Shown: positions 38,864 to 52,200 of the stretch, piece after piece
Layout of the letters: the number at the start of each line of letters is the position of its first letter
Numbering within the stretch: the first letter of the stretch is position 1
Origin: Phyllobates terribilis
Lineage: Eukaryota
Direction: 5' to 3'
DNA length: 64,000 bases
Assembly (NCBI RefSeq): GCF_046119375.1
Contig: NW_027362767.1
Coordinates: 247,442,001 to 247,506,000, forward strand
The notes under the pieces: generated by a model
Databases searched by the model: none
What the model was told of the DNA's origin: nothing
What the model saw: only the letters and a program-made list of their open reading frames with translations
Made by a program: the position numbers and the translations under genes

Positions 38864-41800
38864 GTAAGCATAGCCTGCTGCCAGTCACTGCCTGCCATAT
38901 AATGCTTCTCCATACTAATACAGTCTTTGAACAGGCCAATGCCAAACCCAGTGCAGCACCAGCAACCGCAGCAGATGCTGAACCTGCGGGCTGCCAATCC
39001 TGCCCGGCTTCTCAATACTCATCCCATGATACAGCGCGCTCTGCTGATGCAGCAGATGCAAGGTAAGCTTCCTATTCATGCCCATTGCTAAGGGGCGACA
39101 TGCGCCCTTTCTCAATTCTTTCCATGTCTGCATGTAGATTGCATCATTTTCGGGTTATTTGTAATGGTCTGATCCCCTCTATGTTAAGCATTCCTATAAT
39201 TAGGACAGTGACCTACCTATGAGAACACAAGGAGAGTGTAAGCCATCGCCTAGATTATAATCGCCCATTAAATCTAGATGGTGTTTATTTCTTCATATGG
39301 TTTTAATTTTCTTTGCATGATTATGAACTGCTATTAAAAGGTATTCCAGAGGTAAGATGGGGGGGGTAACTAGCTGATCGTGGGGACCCCACAGGATTGG
39401 GGCACTGTAGAGCCCGGTCTTGAGTGGGGAGGTGGTGTGCATGCAGAGCACATATCACTGTAATCCTGCCTGTGATGATAATGGGAGAATTCCTGCAATA
39501 CAGCAATTATTATATATGAAGATTTGTGAATTGTTTTGTAGGTAACCTTCGTGGTCTTAGCATGGTGGCCCCTCCGCCGATGCCTCCATTTTTTACCGCA
39601 GCTGCAAGACACTCCATCCTGGGTATTCCTCCAATGGGTGTAACGGTGAAAGCTCAGAGCATGACGTTCCCGCACATGCCTTTCCAGCAGCCGCGTGTGT
39701 ATCACAAGGTACGCCTAGCCTCCTATCTGCAGCCAAGTAGACTTGTGTTATGTCAGGCCCATGATGATTTGCAGTAAAAGTCTAAACACCAAAGCATAGT
39801 ACATATGTTCATCTGATGGCTATTCCTAAGACCCCCCCCATCCCCACCATTCACATGCACACCCCGTTCAGTCAATCAAGCATGTGTTTCAGAGAGAAGG
39901 GACTGATGGACACCGCTATGGGTGCCTTATCTCCTGCTGCACCCGAAAGAACAAGTGGTGAAACGCAACATTCCCACTGTTTTTTTTTTTACATAATCTG
40001 TTGGGAGAGCGTCTTTTGACCCCAATATACATTAGATGGTCAGCAAATCATTCCAAATTCAGCCGTCATTAGTATAATTTCTAAGACGACCTGAAGCTAA
40101 ATCCTCTATGTAGTGTTAGGCTGCGTGCCCACTATGCATTTTTCAAGTGTTTTTGCCGCGGAATTTCAGCAGCGAAAACGCTTAAAAAACGCTTGCTAAT
40201 ACGTGCCCCATGGTCCCCAATGATAATCCGCATGTGCTGTGCACATGCTGCGGAAATTTCCGCTGCGGATTATCATTGCGGAAAAATACGCAGCATGTCC
40301 ATTAATTTTGTGGACACGCAGCATAATTGCCACCATTGACTTGCATTGAAACGCATAATATCCGTGTCAGCACATTTACACACACGGATAATATGCGTTT
40401 CTATGTGCGGATGGTACCCGGGTTTGGAGAAGAGGAGACTCTCATCCACACCCGGGTACCATAGAACCGTTAAAAAAAAAAAGAATTTAAAATAAAAAAT
40501 AAAGATTATACTCACCTTCTGATGTCCCCCGGTCTCCATAGCGATGCGTCCGGTCTGTTGTATGGGTCGCGGTGGTGTGAAGGACCTGCCATGACGTCAT
40601 TGAGTCATGTGACAGGTCACGCGACAGCTGTCGTCGGCGGTCGAATGACCTGTCACATGACTCAATGACGTCACCGCAGGTCCTTCACACCACCGTGACC
40701 CATACAACAGACCAGACGGAGCGGAGAAAATACCGGGGGCCATCGGAAGGTAAGAATAATCTTTTATTTTTTACCATTCTTATTCTTTTCTTTTAACTAT
40801 TACTTGGTTACACTATATAAATCCATGCCGGTTACATGGATTTATATAGTGTGAACAATTTGTCAAGCACTTTTCCAAGTGATGCTAAAATCGCTTGGAA
40901 AAGCGCTTGATAACCCACATGCAGGAATGCATGTGAAGAACGCTTGGCAAACCCTTCTACCTGGCAGGAAAAATGGATGTAAAATTCGCATGTGTTTTTC
41001 CTGCCAGGGAGAAGCGGAAAAAATATGCAGCATTTCTGCATCGTGGGCACATAGCCTTAAAACACAAGATTTTGGATGCCGGCAGATGCTTTGATGACCC
41101 ATCCATAAGATCAGGTTAATGAGATCCAGGGGGTCTGACATAATCACGGATCGGTCCTTATTTGCAGTGGACAGATGTAAACACATGGAGCAGAGTGTAG
41201 ATGCATTCAGTGTGTAGTGGCCTCTGCTGGGTGCTGCAGAAAAGCTCAGTACCATGTGATTGCATCCAGCCCATGCCAGAGCTGGTTTCAGCTGATCTGT
41301 AGGAGTGCTGGCTGTCAGATCCCATAATGATTACCCATCTTATGGAGAAGTCATCAATATGGTATCACAAGACAATCCCTTTGAGCCTTGCAATAAAACT
41401 GTACACAGTAAGCGCCCCCTAGTGGTGGCTGCAAGTAGCCAGAATTTTTTGTAATTAAGTCGGTGTAGTCAGGGGATTTGGCACAACGTAGCAGAAAAAC
41501 TAAATGACTTCACACAGAACTTCGGACCTGTTTAGAAAAATAAGTTTGACTTGAGATGACTGCCCATATGTTCTGCGGGACAGATGAATTTGACACCTAG
41601 TAAACTTTAACCTTTTATATTCTATCATGTAAAAAGATGCAAATCGTTCTTATTGTAGGATCACTACAAGAATACTGATGCCAAGAGGGGTGGTGACCAC
41701 GGCTCGTCTGCGCCAGGGAAATACACCAAAGATCCGAACGCTGAGAGGGGCAGCACGGAACTCCCACCAACTGCGTCAGAAGCGGATGAAAGTCTGAACT

Positions 41801-43249
41801 CAGGTCAGTGAGTAGGCACAATACTGCCGCCTCTGAGAAAGAGACTGGTGTGTCCATGGATCCTGGGAGTCATTTAATTCAGGTGTAGTAGAGAGATATT
41901 ACTTCTGAGATCTGAGATTTTCCAAGCCGTCCAACATGTTCTCCATAAGGTATAGCAAACAAAGGGCTAGTAACAATAGGTCAGGGCGTCTGTCGGGGTC
42001 CCTAAGATTTACCCACCATGACACCGTCCCTGGTACTACAGATGTGCCCTGCTCACGTGATGAAGTATCATTTTTTTTAAGTATGGGTTCACACTATCTT
42101 GTTTCATGGTTTCTATATGGACCACAATGCTCGGACTGACCGCGGGTCTCTTAACCCCTTATATGCAGCCTCATATATGTCTTTGAGGCTGCAAATTGGG
42201 TCAGGAGACCTGCAGTTGGTTCTGGTATTGTTGTCTATATACAACCGTCTAAACCCGGACTTACTGGAAGTGCATTGAGGTGAAGGGTGCATTGCTGGAA
42301 AAGGGAAAAAACAAACAAAACTCTTTAAATCTCTTAGTTTGCGAGTGTGAACGAGCGGAGTGTGTCCGGAGCGTACGTGCGAACGAAAGTAAGTGTGTGA
42401 CTTGTTTTTCAGTGACTTTGGATTCAGGGAGTTTGGAAGGGAGGACTTTGGACTGAATTGCTGTCTGTATTTCATTAATTCTTTACTTTTCTTTTTACTT
42501 AGCATTCTGTCTATTGCAATCCCCATTAGGAAATTAGCTCCATTATTGACAATGCTATCCAGTGTACATCTTGCCACATGTATGCATTCCTTGAACAGTC
42601 GGTCGGGGTTGCTTACTGCTGCGCGAGATGTGTGCACGTTGTGCGTTTGGAAGCCCAGATACTGGATCTAAATGAGCAGCTGGCAACACTGAGATCCATT
42701 GACAACATGGAAAGGAGTCTGCTGCTCACTGAGGTAGATGTGGGGGAGGGTGGTAGTCGGTAGCTGCAGGACAGTGAGGTCGCTAGTTGGGTGACAGTTA
42801 GAAGGGATGGTAGAGGGAAGAGTGCCAGAGAGGCTAGTCCTGATCTGGCACACCCCAATAAGTTTGCAAAGTTGGCAGATGAGGGGAGTGACGGAACAGG
42901 GGTAGCACTGCTGCAGCAAGGCATGTGCCCTGAAAGCCGGAGGAGTGTCAGCTCCAGTAAGGAGGGAAATAGGAGAGCAGGGCAGGCCAGGCAGGTGCTG
43001 GTAGTGGGGGACTCAATTATTAGGGGAACAGATAGGGCAATCTGTCACAAAGACAGTGATCGTAGAACAGTGTGCTGCCTACCTGGCGCTCGAGTCCGGC
43101 ACATCGCTGATCGGGTTGTCAGATTACTGGGAGGGGCTGGTGAGGACCCAGTGGTCATGGTGCACATTGGCACACATGACAAAGTTAGAGGTAGGTGGAA
43201 GGTCCTTTAAAGATGATTTCAGGGAATTAGGCTGCAAGCTGAAAGCAAG

Positions 43250-43282
<33 letters not shown>

Positions 43283-46200
43283 GGTACTACGTGCCACGCC
43301 AGAGAGGCAATGGGAGATTAGGGAGATAAATAAGTGGCTCAAGAACTGGTGTAGGAAGGAGGGATTTGGGTTCCTGGAGAACTGGGCCGACTTCTCAGTT
43401 GGCTACAGACTCTACGCTAGGGACCGGCTGCACCTCAGTGGGGAGGGTACAGCTGTGCTGGGGGAGAAAATGGCTAGAAGGTTGGAGGAATGTTTTAAAC
43501 TAGGGATTGGGGGGAGGGTATTCATTTTATAGGTGGGGAAGATAGTGCAGATAGTGACCTGGGCACAAATAAAGAAATTGGGGGTGGGGTTAGAACAGTC
43601 AATAAAGTAAGACGGAATAGAGGTACAGAAAGATACATAAAATGCATGTACACTAATGCCAGAAGTCTCACCAACAAAATGGAGGAATTAGAATTAATTT
43701 TGTTGGAAAATAATTATGATATGGTGGGGATATCTGAGACATGGCTGGATGAGAGCCATGACTGGGCAGTTAATTTACAGGGCTATAGTCTGTTCAGAAA
43801 TGACCGTACAAACAAGCGAGGGGGGGGGGGGGGTGTTTATATGTAAAATCATCCTTAAAACCTGTCTTGCGGGAGGATATATGTGAATCTAATGAAAATG
43901 TAGAGTCCCTGTGGGTGGAGATAAGGGGAGGGGGGAAAATAATAAATTACTGATAGGGGTTTGTTATAAGTCTCCAAAAATAATGGAAGTAGCGGAGAAT
44001 ATTCTCGTAAAGCAAATAGATGAAGCAGCGACTCAAGGAGAAGTCATTATTATGGGGGACTTCAACTACCCTGAAATACATTGGGGGACAGAAACATGTA
44101 GTTCAAGCAAAGGTAATAGGTTTTTGACAACTATGAGAGACAATTACCTTTCACAACTGGTTCAGGACCCAACAAGAAGGGGGGCACTGCTAGACCTAAT
44201 ATTAACCAATAGACCAGACCGCATATCAAATATACGAGTTGGGGGTCACTTGGGTAATAGTGATCACAAAATAATACGTTTTCATGTAACCTTTAATAAG
44301 ATGTGTAGTAGAGGAGTTACAAGGACACTAAACTTCAGGAAGGCAAATTTCCAACGGTTAAGAGATGATCTTAGTGCAATAAACTGGGACGATATCCTGA
44401 GACATAAAGCTACACAAAGCAAATGGGAGACATTTATTAACATTCTGAATAGGACCTGTGCACAATATATACCCTTTGGGAATAAACATGCTAGAAATAG
44501 AAGGAAACCACTATGGCTAAATAGAGCTGTAAGGGGCGCAATAAGTGACAAAAAGAAAGCATTTAGAGAACTAAAGCAAGTAGGTAGTGATGAGACATTA
44601 AATAAATATAGAAAATTAAATAAATTCTGGAAAAAAAACAAATCAAGGCAGCAAAGATTGAGGCAGAGAGAATCATTGCCAGAGAAAGTAAAAATAACCC
44701 CAAAATATTCTTTAACTACATAAATAGTAATATACTAAAAAATGATAGTGTTGGCCCCCTTATAAATAGTCGGGGTGAAATGGTGGATGAGGATGAGGAA
44801 AAAGCCAATATGCTAAATGATTTTTTTTCAACCGTATTTACACAAGAAAATTGCATGACAGAAGACATGATTAGTGATAACTAAAATTCTCCATTAAATG
44901 TCACTTGCTTAACCCAGCAGGAAGTACGGCGGCGTCTAAAAATCACTAAAGTTGACAAATCCCTGGGCCCGGATGGGATACACCCGCGAGTACTGCAGGA
45001 ATTAAGGAACGCCATAGATAGACCATTATTTTTAATCTTTAAAGATTCCATAATAACAGGGTCTGTACCACAGGACTGGCGTATAGCAAATGTGGTGCCA
45101 ATATTCAAAAAGGGGACAAAAACCGAACTTGGAAATTATAGGCCGGTAAGCTTAACCTCTAGTGTGGGTAAAATCCTGGAGGGTTTCCTAAGAGATGCTA
45201 TACTAGAGTATCTGAAGAAGAATAGCCTCATGACCCAATATCAACATGGGTTTACGAGGGACCGTTCCTGTCAAACTAATCTGATCAGCTTTTATGAGGA
45301 GGCAAGTTCCGGACTGGACCAAGGAAATGCAGTGGATGTTGTGTATATGGACTTTTCAAAAGCTTTTGATACGGTTCCACACAAAAGGTTGATACATAAA
45401 ATGAGAACAATGGGGATATATGTATGTGGGTTAAGAATTGGCTGAGTGATAGGAAACAAAGGGTGGTTATTAATGGAAAACACTCAGACTGGGTCTCCGT
45501 TAACAGTGGGGTACCACAGGGGTCAGTATTGGGCCCCCTTCTTTTTAACATATTTATTAATGACCTTGTAGGGGGCATACAGAGTAATATTTCAATATTT
45601 GCAGATGACACTAAACTCTGCAGTGTAATCAATACAGAGGAGGACAATTTTATATTACAGGAGGATCTATGTAAACTAGAAGCTTGGGCTGATAAATGGC
45701 AAATGAGCTTTAATGGGGATAAATGTAAGGTAATGCACTTGGGCAGAGGAAATAAATGTATAATTATATGCTTAATTATAAAACACTGGGCAAAACTGTA
45801 ACTGAAAAAGACCTGGGTGTATTGGTGGACGACAAGCTCACGTCTGGTGGCCAGTGTCAGGCTGCTCCTGCAAAGGCAGATAAAATAATGGGATGCATTA
45901 AAAGAGGCATAGATGCTCATGAGGAGAACATCATTTTACCTCTATACAAGTCACTAGTGTGACCACACTTAGAATACTGTGTACAGTTCTGGTCTCCGGT
46001 GTATAAGAAAGACATAGCTGAACTAGGGCGGGTGCAGAGAAGAGCGACCAAGGTTATTAGAGGACTGGGGGGTCTGCAATACCAAGACAGGTTATTACAC
46101 TTGGGGTTATTTACTGTGGAAAAACGAAGGCTTAGGGGTGATCTTATTACTATGTACAAGTATATGGTGGGACAGTACAAAGACCTTTCTACTGAGGCCA

Positions 46201-49200
46201 GAGACAGGGACAAGGGGGCATCTTCTACGTCTGGAGGAAAGAAGGTTTAATCATAATCACAGACGGGGATTCTTTACTGTAAGAGCAGTGAGACTATGGA
46301 GCTCTCTGCCGCATGATGTTGTAATGACTGATTCACTACTAAAATTTAAGAAGGGCATGGATGCCTTTCTTGAAAAGTATAATATTACAGGTTATATATA
46401 CTAGATTCCTTGATAGGGCGTTGATCCAGGGAACTAGTCTGATTGTCGTATGGAGTAGGGAATGTGGAGCTTAGTGTTTGCCACAGTTTTTTTTTTGCCT
46501 TCCTCTGGATCAACATGTTAGGCTATGGGGTGAACTAGGTGGACTTAGTCTTCCTTCAACCTTAAAAACTATGTTATTATGTTACTGTATAACCTTAATA
46601 TGTAATAGTTTATGCTCTTTATCATACAAAGAGGATGCGTACCAGCTTGGCATACCTTGCCTGAATGGGGGCTATAAATATGTTCAGTATATACAAGGTA
46701 TCTGGAGCTTTCCCATTGCATATGCCAAACATTAGGCCTGACCTAGTTTGGGTCCTATCACTCATCTAACATTCGTGTCCACAGTCCTGCTCCTGCTTTA
46801 AAGGTATTTAACAGGTTACTTTTACAAAAGTTAATTGAGACAAGATAGTGCTCATACTTGGTCCTGCGTGTTGGGGGTCCAGGGGTTATGCACACATAGT
46901 ACTCCCTTGCAGGTATCGTTGGTGCGGGACCTTATAAAGTTTGTGCTCATCATACTAAACCTTTAGACAAATCCTTAGACCCCAATTATTGTATAGGTAC
47001 GTGGCGTTACTGGTCCTTTAGGCTGAAAAACAGTGACTGTACACTATTTCTTTTCCCACGGTCTCTTTAGGGGGCTAACATTCTTCTTTTGGCTTGTCAT
47101 TGCAGACAACGAAAATCTAACAGAATGCAGCAATACCGACCCACTTGAACCTTCAGCCAAGAGAGCAAGGAGGTAATGCCAAAGGAGCTGACAACCTGCT
47201 GTAACACCCTCCTCCTCATTGTCCCATCTCCTCTGGGGTTCCGGTATATGTGTCCATATATATTCTGTGCCCTGGTCTTAACAGCTGCTCATGCATATCA
47301 TATTAGATCACAAAGCTTTTGGCTCTCCCACCCTCTAAAGATTACCCTGGTGCCTCTTATCGGTGGGACATGTTTAAGGCATATTTCTATCTCTGTAAGT
47401 GATGCCGTGTTTCTCGGATGCATCCCCGATCCTGAGAATGAGGGCGGTGTAGCCTTGTTTGTGTGCCGCGTCCCCTACAGTTTTACAGCTGAATGTGCCA
47501 GGAAATAATGACTGTAAAAGACAAACTGTGCAAAAGTACTAATGAAACCGAATTGCAAAAAAATTGTTTTTAGCTCAAAATACATACTTTTATCTCCAGA
47601 GGTGGACAACTCTTTAACGTCCTGTATGAATAAAGTAATTCTAGGTGCAGATATGTGCTGCAATCCAGAGCAGGGTTGTGAAAGTGTTGAAATGGGAAAC
47701 TTGGGGAAATCACAGATGGCAGTCGTTTAAAAGGGAAGGTCCGCTCTTGTGCACTTGACATGAGCCGCATGTACTGCAGCATAAAGAGCCCTGCGGGGCC
47801 ATAGCCATATTGTGTGCTGTCCTATGGGGTTTCTGTATGGCAGGATGTTGCAGAATTGAAAGCCTATTGAGGCTTAACAAATAGAGCCATATTACGGTAG
47901 AGTACATGAGACCTAACCGTTCAGTAAGTCATCCAGAGATGGAGACCAATTCTGATTGCGTATATAAGGTGGAATAGACAGATCCTACAGAACAATGCCC
48001 ATCTTTCATAAAATGTGTGATTCTGTATTTATTCAATGTACAGTGGTGTCCTTCTATAGTATGATTTCTGATCACTGTGTCTGTTCTGACAGCTCCGAGA
48101 CTGGTACAGATGAGGCGGGCTTCGCTGCAGAAGGTAACGTGACACGATCTGCACATCATAGGGGGGGGGGGGATTTCTACTGGGTTACTGGTTCCCATGT
48201 TTGATTAGTCTCTGACAGATTCACATTGGGGTTGTCTTGTTACAGGGACGACAGCAGATGCAGATGATGTTGCTGAAGAGCGCAGTGTGCAGTCACAGTC
48301 TGCAGAGGTCGGTGCAGCGGACAATTAAAGGTGTCACATGTGCGTCTTTCATGTCTTATGCGCAATTTCCTCCTGACCAGGGTATAAGCGGTGGCCGTGC
48401 TTTGAAAGTCACCATCCAGGTTCGCAGTGAGAGTCGTACCACAGCTCTGCAGCCGGCATGTGGCGAAAAGGGCCGTACATCTGGCAGCTCGATGCCCAGC
48501 GGACCGAGGTTCTGCTGCTATATTTGCAAAACAAGCTACCACAGCCTGCAGGTAGGAGCCCATCCTGGTGATGTGACACTGCAGGTTATGTCATGGTCAC
48601 TAATCTTCACTGGTAAACTTTATATCCATTTCAGAATTTCCAGTCTCATCTGGTGACCGCACAACATCACAAAAAGATCCAGGATATCCAGCATGTCAGC
48701 AATGCCTGCCTGGTCACACTACTCCCCACTGCAAAGGATGGTCAGGGCGATGTGGGCAGCAGAGATGTGTGAGTGGTGCCGGGTTATTCTGCCAGTCTTA
48801 CATGGCCTATCATATCTGTCAAGTGTGTGGTGGGGTGCACCCTGTCTTTTGGGATAAGACCCTCACAGTCTGGCTGCCGCACACGGCCCAGACCTTAGTC
48901 ACTGGTGGGGGACCCATGGTTGCAAAATGGTGGGCACCGCAGTGTGGTCCTCGGGTGATTGCCGGATCAAGTTTTAGTTCGGAGAGCCATTGGACAACAG
49001 GTAATGACATGTTTCCCCTGCAGATTTCCACAGTGATGGCTTCTGATTACTGAGGATTTCAGCTGGACCTACTTTGGCCATCACCTAGCTGTAGGGCCAG
49101 ACTGTGTGGCGTCCGATTCTCTGTCTACCCACAGCTGGCCAATGGTCGCACGGCTGTGTAATCATCCAGCAATTCGCCAAAACCGTGGCACCTTCTGGCC

Positions 49201-52200
49201 CTACCCTAATCATTAGAAAGCCTGTTAAGGGGAACCTGTCAGCAGGTTTTAGTACTTCCCAAGTGATCTAATCTCTCAAGTGGGTGTAATGAGTTGCAAG
49301 TGAAGTGGGCTTGGCCTTGCACTTGCAGCTCTCCGGTCAAGTCCTGATGAGGCTTGGAGTCGAACTACCGATCTGCGCATGGCCGCCCTGGGGAATGAAG
49401 TGAGGGAGGTAGATCTCAAAGAAAAGAGTGGAGAAAGTGGGGGAGAGCCCAGAGAGCTGTAGGTGCGGGGCCAGCCCCCTGCACGTGTGGCTCATTCTAC
49501 ATAATAAGAATGAGAAAAGTGATTACTCGGGAATGGAATTAACTATTGAAAAAATAGAGGTACGGATTTAATCCGCTTTATAGTGACCTAACACCGATTA
49601 GGGAAGGTGTTGTGTGCGTGGGAAAATCGGCCCTATTAATCCCAACATCCATCTTTCATGGCTTAAACGTAATGATTGTAGAGACGACTGTGCCAACATC
49701 GAAGACACAATGAGTGCGGAGTGATGCAAGGGTCTGATTCCATTAAAAATAATCATTGACTTTCTCTTCCAGTAAGAAGAAGCAGATGAGGTGGTGCAAC
49801 GTCTGCCAGGTTCACTTCAGCTGTGACCTCATCAAACATCGCCGGACGCAGGAACACAAGGTATTCATTTAGGTCTGTGGGGTTCATCCTACAGTGAACA
49901 TCGATCACCAGTCACTAGAACGAAGGCCCCCAAAGGGGTCTGAGTGCTCCTAAATGGTCCATTTACAACATGGAGGACTGATGGGTTACAGTACAGATAT
50001 CTCAGAGTATTGCTGAATGTAATGACGTAAAGGGGTCCCCTTCATGAAGACGACCCAAAGATTCGCTGATCACTGGGGAAAGTAGCCTCTGGCCATGTTT
50101 CATCTGCAGGGGCAAACACAGGGGGACTGTATTATGAAATACGTGGGTGGGTTCGGACCCCCATAGTGGAAGCTACTGATGTGTAGCTGTTCTTCATTCT
50201 GGCTCATAGAATAGGGTCTATAAGACGTTTATCTGACCTACTAGGGCCTATAGAAAGAAGTGGTGCAGAGGCTGTTCGGACAGCCATGAAAACTATGCAG
50301 CCACGTGGTCGTGGTTGGCCAAGACTGAAGAGAGCGTAACCCTTCTGCAGCTCCTCTAATGGGACCTGGGAAAGGCGGTGTCCTCTGAATGCTGCTATCA
50401 GTCATACTGTGTGTTGGTACACGAATCCATATTGAACAGGATTTCTCTTCTTTTAGATGGCTAAACGGTCCTTGAGGCCATTCTGCAGCGTCTGCAGTCG
50501 CCACTTCAAGACTCCTCGCAAGTTTGTGGAGCACATGAAGTCTCCCGAGCACAAGCAGAAGTCTCAAGAGGTAAAATGCCACGTGTGCAGCATTTTTTTC
50601 TCCCTACATTATATTGTTTACTAATTTCTTACTTGCGATCTTTTACATGTGAAGCTTCGTGAAAAAGAAACATGGAGTCCAGAGGAGTCGGAGGAGCTGA
50701 TCACAGTGGACGCCGTAGGTTGTTTTGAGGAGGATGAGGATGATGGCGATGATGATGAAGAGGGCATCAGCGCTGATGACATTTCTGAGGACACAGAATG
50801 TCTCCTGGTAAAAAGAATAGAAATCTCCTCTTTAACAGACATGTGTCCTTGTGTGGGACTCGCCAGCACAACCTTAAGGTTATATTCCTTACTGTCGATC
50901 TCTGGTTTGTCTAGTTTCCCACCTATTAAACTCTCAGCTTGCACCTGTTTTGGCATGATGGGAGTTGTAGTATCTAGACAAGAAAGTGAGCCATAGATTG
51001 TAAACCACTGCTGTGGATTTAGCATCACTTAAGAAGCCTATACACAATAGATGAACTGGATGAATGACCATTTTATGAAAGGGGATCCCAACTCTCCCTG
51101 CAGACATCAGGGTCAAAGAAGGACCCGACTTGTCAAATCTGAACGTGCCGATTTTTTTTGTTGTTGTTGTTATTGAGGGTGGTCAGCCAGTGGCAGGGGT
51201 GTCTGGCAGCAGCTTGTTAAGCTGAGGGGTTGGGAAGATTAGTTGTCGGCCGAACCAGAGTCGGTGATGCAGGTACAACAGTGTCCGTCCTTTTTACTAG
51301 CATTCAGTATACTGACAATGGATGACAAAAAGAATTCTGGAATATTTCTCTCTGAGGTTATGTCACTTAATAATTTCCTGGGCAAACCCTCCACTATTAC
51401 ATCAAATGAGTCTCTGATCATAGAATCATAGAATGGTAGAGTTGGAAGGGACCTCCTGGGTCATCTGGTCCAACCCCCTGCTCAAAGCAGGATTCACTAA
51501 ATCATCTCAGACAGATGTCTGTCCAGCCTCTGTTTGAAGACGTCCATTGAAGGGGAACTCACCACCTCTCGTGGCAGCCTGTTCCACTCATTAATCACCC
51601 TAACTGTCAAAAAGTTTTTTCTAATATCTAATCTGTGTCTCCTCCCATTTAGTTTCATCCCGTTGCTTCTAGTCTTTCCTTGTGCAAATGAGAATAAAGA
51701 TGATCCTTCTACAATGTGACAGCCCTTGACATATTTGTAGACAGTTATTAAGTCTCCTCTCAGTCTTCTTTTTTGCAAGCTAAACATTCCCAAATCCTGC
51801 AACCGTTCCTCATAGGACATGGTTTGCAGACCAGTCACCATTCTGGTCGCTCTTCTCTGAACTTGTTCCAGTTTGTCGATGTCTTTTTTAAAATGTGGTG
51901 CCCAAAACTGTACACAGTATTCCAGATGAGGTCTGACCAAAGAGGAGTAAAGACCGAAGAGGATCATGTTATCCACGGTGGCATGAATCCCATCTGATGT
52001 CCCTGTGACCTAATGGGGTTTGGCTAAATACTAAAGGGTCGTTTAAAACATTTTTGTTTTAGTCACATCCATATTGTATTGCTATTAACCAATTTGAATA
52101 AGCGCATAGCTGAGCAAGCTGTTTTCTTACAGGAAAAGGTAGAGGACAATATTTCCGATCACGAAGAAGAAGAATACAAGGCAGATACGGCCTATGGTGA

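Noticed and set aside
49344-49365. Second hammerhead-like core CTGATGA-GGCT(TGG)AGTC-GAAC
   Set aside because: GAAA is broken and no stem I, stem III or NUH can be formed. It lies in a degenerate MITE-like stretch.
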